Position numbers and translations under genes: made by a program. Positions 56,410-64,000 of a stretch of 64,000 nucleotides of DNA are shown here, piece by piece (position 1 is the first letter of the stretch; each line of letters starts with the position of its first letter). The DNA is taken from contig CAVVAA010000003.1 of NCBI GenBank assembly GCA_963746115.1, positions 385,404 through 449,403 on the forward strand, in the 5' to 3' direction. The notes beneath the pieces are model-generated. The model did no database searches. It saw only the letters and a list, made by a program, of their open reading frames with translations, and was not told where the DNA came from. The DNA comes from an uncultured Actinomycetes bacterium. Lineage in GTDB: Bacteria; Actinomycetota; Thermoleophilia; Gaiellales; JAICJC01.

Positions 56410-57677
56410 TCAGGGAGCCGACGCGGCCAGCAGCTGCACGATCCGGTCCTGCAGCCGGTGCGCGGCCGGGATGTCGATGTCGTGCCGGTTCATCACGATC
56501 GAGAACGCGAGGTGGTGGCCGTTCGCGGGCCGTGACGTAGCCCGAGAGCGCCGAGGCGCCGTTCAGGGTGCCGGTCTTGGCGAGCGCGTTTCGAAACGCC
56601 GGGCCCGACCGCATCCGGTCGGTGAGCGTGCCGCTCACGCCGGCCAGGGGCAGGGCGTGGCGGTAGAACCAGCCGTACGGCTGCGTTGCCCGCACGGCGC
56701 AGGACGCCGAGGATCTGGCGGGCCGAGAGCCGGTCGCCCTTCGACAGCCCGGAGCCGTCCCATATTCGCGCCCCGGCCAGGTCGACGCCGAGGTTGTGGA
56801 TGTAGCGGTGCGTGATGATCGTGCCCGCCTTGGTGCTGCCGCGCTGTCCGCCCGCGACCGCGAGGTCCTTGGTGAGCGTCTCGGCGAAGAAGTTGTCCGA
56901 GACCTGGTCCATCTCGAACACGAGCCGGTGGATCGCCGGCGAGGGCTCGGCGGCCAGTCGGCGGGCCGACGCTGGATGGGTGCCCGTGTGGGCCGGGTGG
57001 CCGACGGCGATCCCCTGGCGCTGAAGGGCCAGCGTCAGCTGCTGAGCGGCGCGCAGCGCGGGGGACGGCGCCGTCGCGAACGTCGCCGAACTGCAGCAGG
57101 TCTTCGTTCACCGTGAGCGCCGAGAGCGGCGGGCAGTCCATCCAGGAGTCGCGCTTCCAGTCCGGCCCCCGCCGGATCGTGTCGAAGCGCGCTCTCGTCG
57201 CCGTACGACCGAGCCCGTGACGCGCTGCACCCCGGCCGCGCGCAGACGCGCCGCCAGGTCGTGCACGAGGCCCGAGGCGCCGCCGAAGGCGACTCGACGA
57301 GAAGGGGACGGTGGAGAAGCGACGGATCGCCGCCGCCGACCAGCCACAGGTTCCCGTGCAGCGTCGCCGCCGGTGAGCGCCCCGGTCGCCATCGCCCGGG
57401 TCTCCAGGCGGCTCGCGAATCCGAGCCGGCCGAGCACCGCGGCGCTTGTCATCAGCTTCATGTTGGACGCCGGCCGAAGCTCGACCCGGCCGTGGTAGAC
57501 CGCCAGAAGCCGGCCGGCGCCGCGGTCGAAGATCGCGACCCCGGTGTGGCTGCCCGCGAACTGCGAGCGTGCGACCATGCCGTCGATCTTGCGGTCGAGC
57601 GCAGACGCGCCGAGCGCCGACGGGGCGGCGACCAGGAGAAGCGCGCATGCGGCGACCAGGATTCGCGGCGCCGTCAC
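56410..57677 (-). CDS. dacB: D-alanyl-D-alanine carboxypeptidase/endopeptidase (PBP4, peptidase S13); at least 6 apparent frameshifts
   Basis: Signal peptide MTAPRILVAACALLLVAAPSALGA. SxxK (PASNMKLMT), SxN (VSDNFFAE), KTG (LAKTGTLNG). C-terminus ...HRLQDRIVQLLAASAP*; fragments lie in all three minus frames. Confidence 0.8.
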
Positions 57678-57711
57678 GAAGCGGCGGAGACGCAGAAGCG
57701 GGCCCGCCCCG

Positions 57712-57873
57712 CTAGCGGGCGAGCGTGAGCTCCTCGCGGACGGCCTGGAAGAGGCTCTTGTCGATCTTGCCGTGGTAGATCGGGACGGCCTGCTCGTGGC
57801 AGAGGCGGATGACGTCTTCGCGCTTCATGCCGTACTCCTTGGAAAGCTCGTCCGGCGTCAGGTGGTTCGCCAT
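57712..57873 (-). CDS. Small 53-aa hypothetical protein, not in the ORF track
   Basis: ATG preceded by AAGGGGG. MANHLTPDELSKEYGMKREDVIRLCHEQAVPIYHGKIDKSLFQAVREELTLAR*. High third-position GC. Function unknown; a helix-turn-helix is only a guess. Confidence 0.5.
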   Translation of the reverse strand: MANHLTPDELSKEYGMKREDVIRLCHEQAVPIYHGKIDKSLFQAVREELTLAR

Positions 57874-57904
57874 GCACTGCCCCCTTGATGGTCTTCGAGA
57901 AGAG

Positions 57905-57934
57905 AAAAACCCACCGGACGGAATCCTCGGTGGG
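57905..57934 (-). terminator. Intrinsic terminator/attenuator hairpin with a U-tract inside a 5' leader
   Basis: Minus-strand RNA CCCACCG-AGGAUUCCGUC-CGGUGGG followed by UUUUUCUCUUCUC. A 5-T run is rare in this GC-rich window. Confidence 0.65.
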
Positions 57935-58008
57935 CTCAGCGATGCTGCTCCTCGTGTGTTCGCGCCTGCGGCAATTCAGGCGCACTCCTCGCAGACATCC
58001 ATGTCCAC

Positions 58009-58037
58009 ACTGTAGCGACCTGCCCGGACGCCGTCAA
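58009..58037 (-). promoter_or_regulatory. Sigma-70-type promoter driving the leader and small ORF (and probably dacB)
   Basis: Minus strand: TTGACG (58037-58032), 17 nt spacer, TACAGT (58014-58009). Confidence 0.6.
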
Positions 58038-58055
58038 TCGTTTCGCAGGGCCGAT

Positions 58056-58818
58056 TCAGATGGGGTTCGGGAGGTCGATGAAGACGTGCTCGACGCCGAA
58101 GCGGCCGGCGATCAGGTCGCCCAGCACGCGGACGCCGAAGACCTCGGTGGCGTAGTGGCCGGCGGCGACGAAGTGGATGCCCGCCTCACGTGCTGCGGCC
58201 ATCGACCGGCTCGCGCGGCTCGCCCGTGATGAAGCAGTCCGCGCCGGCATCGGCGGCGGCCTCGAGCTCGCCCGCCGCGGCCCCGCTGATGATGGCGACC
58301 CGGGCGACGGCGTCGGGCCCGTCGGCGAAGACGAGCGGCTCGGGCGTCACCTCTCTGCGCACCCGCGCGACGAGCTCATCGAGCGTGATCGGCGGCTCGG
58401 CCCGGCCGATGAATCCGATCGTGCGCTCGCCGATCCGGCCGAACTCCTCCAGGTCGTCCAGGCCCAGCAGGCGGCACAGGAGGGCGTTGTTGCCGACGTC
58501 CGGATGCGCGTCGAGTGCGAGGTGGTACGCCACGAGCGAGAGGTCGCGCGTCGAAGAGCGCCTTCAGCCGGTCGCGCTCGCGGGGCCCGATCCGGCGCGG
58601 GTCGGACTTCCAGAAGAGGCCGTGGTGGACGATCAGCATCTGCGCGCCGGCGTCGGCCGCACGCCGGAACAGCTCGAGCGAGGCGCTCGACGCCCGTGGC
58701 GATCCGGGTCACCTCGCTCGGCGCCGGCCACCTGGAGGCCGATCGGCAGGGCGTCCGGATAGGCGTCCGCCTGCAGCAGTCCGTCTGCGAAGGCGACGAT
58801 CTCGTCTCTGCCGGCCAC
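58056..58818 (-). CDS. Nif3-family dinuclear-metal protein (GTP cyclohydrolase I type 2 homologue); about 4 apparent frameshifts
   Basis: MAGRDEIVAFADGLLQADAYPDALPIGLQVAGAE | VTRIATGV | ...QMLIVHHGLFWKSDP... | VAYHLALDAHPDVGNNALL...AIISGAAAGE...ADCFITGE | ...GIHFVAAGHYATEVFGV... Confidence 0.8.
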
Positions 58819-58888
58819 GCGCGTACGCTACCGCCCGAACGGGTGGTCCCACCACCCCACCCGTTGCGCCGGGGCCTCCGCGTACGCC

Positions 58889-59191
58889 ATGCTTCCCGGC
58901 ATGGAGGAGCGCGTCTCGCTGCAGAAGCGCCTGGAGGGACACCTCCCGCCGCCCTCGGGCTCCCTGCGCCGGGAGGCGTTCGCGCGCCCGGCGGCCGGCG
59001 GACTGCGCGCGCGGATCCTGGCCCAGATCGACCGCGCCGTGGAGATCTTCGAGGTCGACCGGCTGCTGTACGACATCGAGGTCGAGGCCCAGCAGCGCTG
59101 GCTGCGGCGGATGATGGCGTTCGACGCCTACTGCGCCCGCCGCGACGCCGCCCGCGGGAGCGGCCGGCCGGGCCCGCCGCCTGTGCGATAA
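58889..59191 (+). CDS. Hypothetical protein (100 aa)
   Basis: ORF with GC3-rich codon usage. No recognisable motif; divergent from Nif3. Confidence 0.35.
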   Translation: MLPGMEERVSLQKRLEGHLPPPSGSLRREAFARPAAGGLRARILAQIDRAVEIFEVDRLLYDIEVEAQQRWLRRMMAFDAYCARRDAARGSGRPGPPPVR

Positions 59192-59203
59192 TCCCGCGTC
59201 CCC

Positions 59204-59277
59204 CGGGGCGTGGCGCAGCCTGGTAGCGCGCACCGTTCGGGTCGGTGAGGTCCCGAGTTCGAATCTCGGCGCCCCGA
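59204..59277 (+). tRNA. tRNA-Pro (anticodon CGG), no encoded CCA
   Basis: Cloverleaf by hand: acceptor CGGGGCG/CGCCCCG, D arm GCGC-AGCCTGGTA-GCGC, anticodon arm CACCG-TTCGGGT-CGGTG, variable AGGTC, T arm CCGAG-TTCGAAT-CTCGG, discriminator A. Confidence 0.9.
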
Positions 59278-59282
59278 TAGCT

Positions 59283-59309
59283 GCGAGGCCGCGAGCCGTG
59301 CGGCCTCGC
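59283..59309 (+). terminator. Hairpin after tRNA-Pro
   Basis: GCGAGGCCGC-gagccgt-GCGGCCTCGC (10 bp), followed by cgcgttt. Confidence 0.5.
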
Positions 59310-59352
59310 CGCGTTTAAGAGACGCAACCGTCCGGTTGCGTATACTCGCCCG

Positions 59353-60300
59353 ATGCGGATACTCGTGCTGGGAGGGACGTCGTTCGCGGGCCGGCATCTG
59401 GTGGAGCTCGCCCTTGCGCGCGAGCACGAGCTCGTCCTCTTCAACCGCGGTCGCACGGGCGCCGACCTCCATCCCGGGGTCGAGCGGGTCGTCGGCGAGC
59501 GTGCCGGGAACCTCGCCGGCCTCCGCGGCCGCGCCTTCGACGTGGTCGTCGACATGTGCGGCTACTTCCCGGCCGACGTGGACCGATCCGCTCGCCTGAT
59601 GTCCGGCGCGGCCGCCCGCTACCTGTTCGTCTCGAGCCGTAGCGTCTACTCCGACCATTCGGCGCCGGGGGCGAACGAGAACTCTGCGGTCGGGGAGCTG
59701 CCGCCGGGCGCGCCTGCCGACGAGATCACCGAGGAGAGCTACGGGCCGCTGAAGCTCGGATGTGAGCGGGCCGCGCAGGCCGCGTTCGGCGACCGCGCGC
59801 TGATCCTGCGGCCCGGCCTGATCGTCGGCCCGTACGACCCCACCGGGCGGTTCACCTACTGGCCCTGCCGCATCGCCGAGGGCGGCGATGTGCTTGCCCC
59901 CGCGCCATCCGACCAGCCGATCCAGCTTGTCGATGCCCGCGACCTGGCCGCCTTTGCGCTCACCCTGATCGAGCGCGGTGACGCAGGCACGTTCGACGTG
60001 GTCTGCCCCGCCGGCCTGCTCACGCTCGGCGGCGTCATCGACGCCTGTCGCGAGGCGTCGGGGAGCGACGCCCGCCCGGTCTGGGTCGACGAGGACTTCC
60101 TGCTCGAGCGCGGGGTCGAGCCGTGGACCGAGCTGCCGCTGTGGACGCCGGGCGACGACATGGCCGGGTTCCAGCGCTCGGACGTCTCCCGGGCGCTCGC
60201 GGCCGGCCTGGAGATCCGGCCGATCTCGGAGACGGCCGCCGACACGCTGCGCTGGGCGCAGGCGGCGAGGCCTGACCCCGGCCCCGCCATCGACCCGTGA
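59353..60300 (+). CDS. NAD(P)-dependent epimerase/dehydratase-family (SDR) protein
   Basis: MRILVLGGTSFAGRHLVE (Rossmann GxxGxxG)...; 315 aa, intact. Confidence 0.75.
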   Translation: MRILVLGGTSFAGRHLVELALAREHELVLFNRGRTGADLHPGVERVVGERAGNLAGLRGRAFDVVVDMCGYFPADVDRSARLMSGAAARYLFVSSRSVYSDHSAPGANENSAVGELPPGAPADEITEESYGPLKLGCERAAQAAFGDRALILRPGLIVGPYDPTGRFTYWPCRIAEGGDVLAPAPSDQPIQLVDARDLAAFALTLIERGDAGTFDVVCPAGLLTLGGVIDACREASGSDARPVWVDEDFLLERGVEPWTELPLWTPGDDMAGFQRSDVSRALAAGLEIRPISETAADTLRWAQAARPDPGPAIDP

Positions 60301-60350
60301 TCGCGAGGTGGCGCTGCTTCGGGAGTGGTCGTTGATCTAGTCTGGCAGCC

Positions 60351-61746
60351 GTGACGCAAGTGCAGGATGCCGACGCCCTCGTGATCTTCGGGATCACCGG
60401 CGACCTGGCCCGGAAGATGACGTTCCAGGCGCTCTACCTGCTCTCCCGCAGGCGCGGGCTCTCGTGCCCGGTGGTCGGCGTCGCGAAGGAGGACATCTCC
60501 GACGACGAGCTGCGCGATCGCGCCCGCCAGGCGATCACGGACGCGGGGACGAAGGTCGACGACGAGGACTTCTCCGCGTTCGCGAAGCGCCTGCGCTACG
60601 TGCGCGGCGACCTCGGCGACGAGGCCACCTATGCCGCGGTCGCGAAGGCGATCAAGGGCGCGTCGGCGCCCGCGTTCTACCTGGAGGTGCCGCCGTCGCT
60701 CTTCGCGACGGTGGTGAACGGCCTGGCCGGCGCCGGCCTCACCGGGAACGCGCGTGTGGTCGTCGAGAAGCCGTTCGGACACGACCTGGAGTCGGCCTGC
60801 AAGCTCGCCGCAGACCTGCACGAGGTGATCGACGAGTCGCAGCTCTTCCGGATCGACCACTTCCTGGGCAAGATGCCGGTGGAGGACATCCTCTACCTGC
60901 GCTTCGCGAACTCGATGCTCGAGCCGGTGTGGAACCGCAACCACATCGCCTACGTCGAGATGACGATGGCCGAGGATTTCGGCGTCGAGGACCGGGGCCG
61001 CTTCTACGACGCCGTCGGGGCGCTGCGGGACGTCGTCCAGAACCACATGCTGCAGGTGCTCGCGCTCATCGCGATGGAGCCGCCCGCGCGCCAGGGCCTG
61101 ACGGCGATCGACGACCGCAAGCACGACGTGTTCACGGCCATGCCCGACCTCGACCCGGAGCGGATCGTACGCGGCCAGTACGCCGGCTACCAGGACGTCG
61201 ACGGCGTGCGCCAAGGGGTCGGACACCGAGACGTTCGTCGCGCTGCGCGCCGAGATCGAGAACTGGCGCTGGGCGGGCGTGCCGTTCTGCATCCGGGCCG
61301 GCAAGGCGCTCGCCGTTCGGGCGACCGAGGTGCGGGTGATCTTCAAGCGGCCGCCCAAGCTCGCGTTCCTGGAGGGCAGCCGCCCCGCCCCGAACCACTT
61401 CGTCCTTCGCATCGACCCGCATCCGGGCACGACGATCCAGCTCCAGTCGCTGCGGGCCGGTGAGCCCGGCATCCACACGGTCGACCTCGACCTCGAGTTC
61501 GCGGCCGACGGGATGGAGGCGCCGACCGCCTACGAGCAGCTGCTCGCGGCGGCGCTGCGGGGCGACCGCAGCCACTTCACCCGCCAGGACGCCGTCGAGG
61601 AGACCTGGCGCATCGTGCAGCCGGCGCTGGACGCTCCGCCGCCGGTGCAGGTCTACGAGCGCGGCTCCTGGGGCCCCGCCGATGCCGACCGGATCACGGC
61701 CGGCCACGGCGGCTGGCACGCGCCCTGGTCGGCCCGCGACGACTGA
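60351..61746 (+). CDS. zwf: Glucose-6-phosphate 1-dehydrogenase; one frameshift near 61213
   Basis: GTG start. ...LVIFGITGDLARKMTFQALY...EKPFGHDL...FRIDHFLGK...VQNHMLQVLALIAMEPP... | ...WRWAGVPFCIRAGKAL...GSWGP... Confidence 0.9.
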
Positions 61747-61776
61747 GGGGGACAGTCCCGGACGGGGACTGTCCCC
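61747..61776. repeat. Paired palindrome GGGGGACAGTCCC-ggac-GGGGACTGTCCCC between convergent zwf and the decarboxylase gene
   Basis: Starts at the base after the zwf TGA and ends 10 nt before the minus-strand stop at 61787. The first copy has 5 G and 3 C instead of 4 and 4. Confidence 0.85.
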
Positions 61777-61786
61777 GATTCTCGGA

Positions 61787-63190
61787 CTACTCCGTCTCGA
61801 TGCGGCGGCCCACCTCGCGCACGATGTCGACGAGCGCGTGGGCGTCGGCCTCGGTCGTGCGGTAGTTGACCATGCACGGCCGCAGGCACCAGCGCCCATC
61901 GACGACCGCGCCGGTGACGTAGACGCGGCCGTCGCGCTGGAGCGCGCCCACGAGGAGGCGGTTGTGCGCGTCGACGTCGCCCTGGGCCGGAATGCGCCGG
62001 AAGGGCACGATCGAGAGCGACGGCTCGGTCAGGAGCTCGAGGTCGTCGGCCGCGCGCACGAGGTCGGCGACGAGCCGGGCGAGCGCGAGGTCGTGCTCGA
62101 TGGCCTCGCGGAACGCCTCGGCGCCGTGCGCCCGCAGCGCCAGCCACAGCTTGAGCGCGCGGAACGGGCGCGAGTACTCGAGCGTCCACTCGACCGGGTG
62201 CTCGCCGAACTCGATCTCGGGGATGTACGGCGCGTCGTGCGAGAACGCGGCCTCGAGGTCGGCCCGGCTGCGCACCAGGAGCACGCCGCAGGCCTTGGGC
62301 ACGAAGAGCCACTTGTGGCCGTCGAGCGCCGCCGAGTCGGCCAGCTCGAGCCCGTCGAACAGGTGCCGCGCCGATGCGGTCGCGGCCGCCGGCAGGCCGT
62401 AGGCGCCGTCGACGTGCAGCCACACGCCGTTGGCCGCGCACACCTCGGCCACCGCCCGGATCGGGTCGACGGCGCCCGTGAGCGTCGTCCCCGCCGTGGC
62501 GACGACGGCGACCGGGCGCAGGCCGTCGGCGACGTCGCGCTCGACCGCCGCCCGAAGCGCATCGGGTCGCATGCGCCGGTCGGAGTCGATCTCGATCGTC
62601 CGCAGCGCCCGCCGGCCCAGCCCCAGCACCTCGACCGCCCGCTCGACGCTCGAGTGCGCCTCGGCGCTCGTGTAGACGACGCCGCGGCCGTCGCAGCCGT
62701 CGATCCGGCTGCCGGGCTGGGCGCGCTCACGGGCGGCCGCGAGGGCCGTCAGGTTGGAGAGCATCCCGCCGCTCGTGAACGTCCCCCACGCGGCCGGGTA
62801 GCCGACCAGGTCTCCCACCCAACTCAGCGTCTGTCGCTCGACGAGGTCGGCTGCGGCCGCGCTCGCCGCCAGGTTGATGTCGTGCGAGCCGGCCAGCGCG
62901 TCGGCCAGGACGCCCAGCTCGAGGCCGGAGGAGCCCACGTAGCCGAAGAAGCGCGGCCGCGAGTGGGCCAGGCTCTCGTCGAGGATCTCGGACACCTCGT
63001 CCAGCGCGGCGTGCGGGCCGATGCCCGACTCCGGCAGCCCCTCCCCGAGCAGGCTGCGGATGTGCTCCGTGATCGGGGGCTGGTAGGAGCGGGCGCGATC
63101 GAATCCGCGCCACGACTCGAGGATGAGCGCGAGGCCGTGTTCGAGCGTCTCGGTGCGGGCCTCGCCGAGTGCGAGGGGCGTGTCGTTCAT
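61787..63190 (-). CDS. Group II pyridoxal-dependent (aromatic-amino-acid / DABA / glutamate-type) decarboxylase
   Basis: 467 aa, intact. ...TSGGMLSNLTALAAAR...VVATAGTTLTGAVDPI...WLHVDGAYG...SAALDGHKWLFVPKACG (PLP lysine). Confidence 0.85.
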   Translation of the reverse strand: MNDTPLALGEARTETLEHGLALILESWRGFDRARSYQPPITEHIRSLLGEGLPESGIGPHAALDEVSEILDESLAHSRPRFFGYVGSSGLELGVLADALAGSHDINLAASAAAADLVERQTLSWVGDLVGYPAAWGTFTSGGMLSNLTALAAARERAQPGSRIDGCDGRGVVYTSAEAHSSVERAVEVLGLGRRALRTIEIDSDRRMRPDALRAAVERDVADGLRPVAVVATAGTTLTGAVDPIRAVAEVCAANGVWLHVDGAYGLPAAATASARHLFDGLELADSAALDGHKWLFVPKACGVLLVRSRADLEAAFSHDAPYIPEIEFGEHPVEWTLEYSRPFRALKLWLALRAHGAEAFREAIEHDLALARLVADLVRAADDLELLTEPSLSIVPFRRIPAQGDVDAHNRLLVGALQRDGRVYVTGAVVDGRWCLRPCMVNYRTTEADAHALVDIVREVGRRIETE

Positions 63191-63231
63191 GCCCGCATCA
63201 TCGCCGATCTATCATCACGCGAGAGACGCGC

Positions 63232-64000
63232 GTGATCCGGCTGCGAAAGATCGACCATGTCTGCCTGCGGGTCGGCGACGTCGCCGAGGCCGCGCCGCGC
63301 TACGCGATCCAGTTCGGCCTCACGATCCGCGACCTCGCCTCCGACCGGGCCACGCTTGCCTGCGACTACGAGCCGTACTCGCTCGAGCTCGTGGCCGCCG
63401 GGCCGGGCGAGGACCTCGGGTTCGGCCACTGCGCGTGGCAGCTGCGCCGCAGCGTTCCGATCGAGGCGGCCCGCGACTGGCTCGCATCGACGTGGGGGGC
63501 ATGGGAGGACCGGGGCGACCACCTCGTCGTGGCAGACCCGGAGGGGTTCGAGCACCACCTCGTCCCCTACCTGCACGAGGACGACCGCCGCCCGGCTGTC
63601 GCCCGCCAGACGACCGACCTGCCGGCGCTGCGGCCGCGCAAGCTCGGCCATATCAACCGGCTCACCGCCGACATGGAGGCGGTGACGCGCTTCCACACGG
63701 ACGTGCTGGGGATGGAGGTGTCGGACTACCTGGGGGACGTAGGCACCTGGCTCCACGTGAGCTCCGAGCATCACCAGATGGCGCTGGTCAGCTCCGCGGG
63801 AGCCCACTTCCACCACCTCGCGCTCGACTACGTCGACCTGGGTGCCCTGCGCTCGCTCTTCGACAACCTGGCCCAGCACGGCCGCTGGCTCTCGTGGGGC
63901 CCGGTGCGGCACGGCATCGCCCAGAACATGTGCGGGTACGTCCGCATCACCGAGGAGCCGCTGCACGTCGAGTGCTACTGCGACATGGAGCAGCTCGAGC
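63232..64000 (+). CDS. Two-domain VOC-family extradiol dioxygenase-like protein, 3' end outside the window
   Basis: GTG 63232, open to the window end, so not in the ORF track. VIRLRKIDHVCLRVGDVAEAAPRYAIQFGL...LGHINRLTADMEAVTRFHTDVLGMEVSDYLG...HHQMALVSSAGAHFHHLALDYVD... Confidence 0.65.
   Translation, partial: MIRLRKIDHVCLRVGDVAEAAPRYAIQFGLTIRDLASDRATLACDYEPYSLELVAAGPGEDLGFGHCAWQLRRSVPIEAARDWLASTWGAWEDRGDHLVVADPEGFEHHLVPYLHEDDRRPAVARQTTDLPALRPRKLGHINRLTADMEAVTRFHTDVLGMEVSDYLGDVGTWLHVSSEHHQMALVSSAGAHFHHLALDYVDLGALRSLFDNLAQHGRWLSWGPVRHGIAQNMCGYVRITEEPLHVECYCDMEQLE

Noticed and set aside
58822-58885. Two GCGTACGC palindromes and an AACGGGTGG/CCACCCGTT hairpin in the Nif3 / hypothetical-gene divergent region, as a specific operator.
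   Set aside because: The motifs are short and GC-rich, of a kind that arises easily by chance at this composition. They are not repeated elsewhere in the window. I noted them only.

Overview
High-GC (about 70% by eye) bacterial chromosome segment. The gene order, frequent GTG/TTG starts and abundant overlapping stop/start junctions fit Actinomycetota; I cannot place it more precisely without a search. It is the conserved translation/transcription super-region: rpmG-secE-nusG, rplKA, rplJL, rpoBC, rpsLG-fusA-tuf, the S10/spc/alpha operons (rpsJ to rplQ), then truA. Accessory insertions interrupt it: a CPA2 antiporter between nusG and rplK; a 9 kb peptidase plus peptide-ABC-transporter cluster between rplL and rpoB; and a 3.5 kb zinc-ribbon/adenylyl-cyclase/STAND-ATPase/TPR gene between rpoC and rpsL. 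After truA come housekeeping and accessory genes: a DUF2339-like membrane protein, GNAT, surE, VOC proteins, an APC permease, a cupredoxin lipoprotein, HAD, ligA, PBP4, Nif3, tRNA-Pro(CGG), an epimerase, zwf, a PLP decarboxylase and an extradiol dioxygenase. The most important caveat is about 100 apparent 1-2 nt indels (my manual frame tracking, not an exact count), clustered in four blocks. They break essential genes such as rplF, rplR, rpsE, rplO, secY, adk, ligA and rpoB, so I read them as sequence/assembly errors rather than gene decay. Many long ORFs in the supplied track are frame-fusion or antisense artefacts. I see no CRISPR, rRNA, transposase, integrase or phage genes. I do not see convincing evidence for a new multi-gene system. 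The observations most worth following up are a conserved paired palindrome, GGGGAC(A/T)GTCCCC, at four operon ends; a promoter-leader-terminator unit upstream of an unannotated 53-aa ORF; the putative cell-wall-peptide salvage cluster splitting rplJL from rpoBC; and the cyclase-STAND gene next to rpsL.
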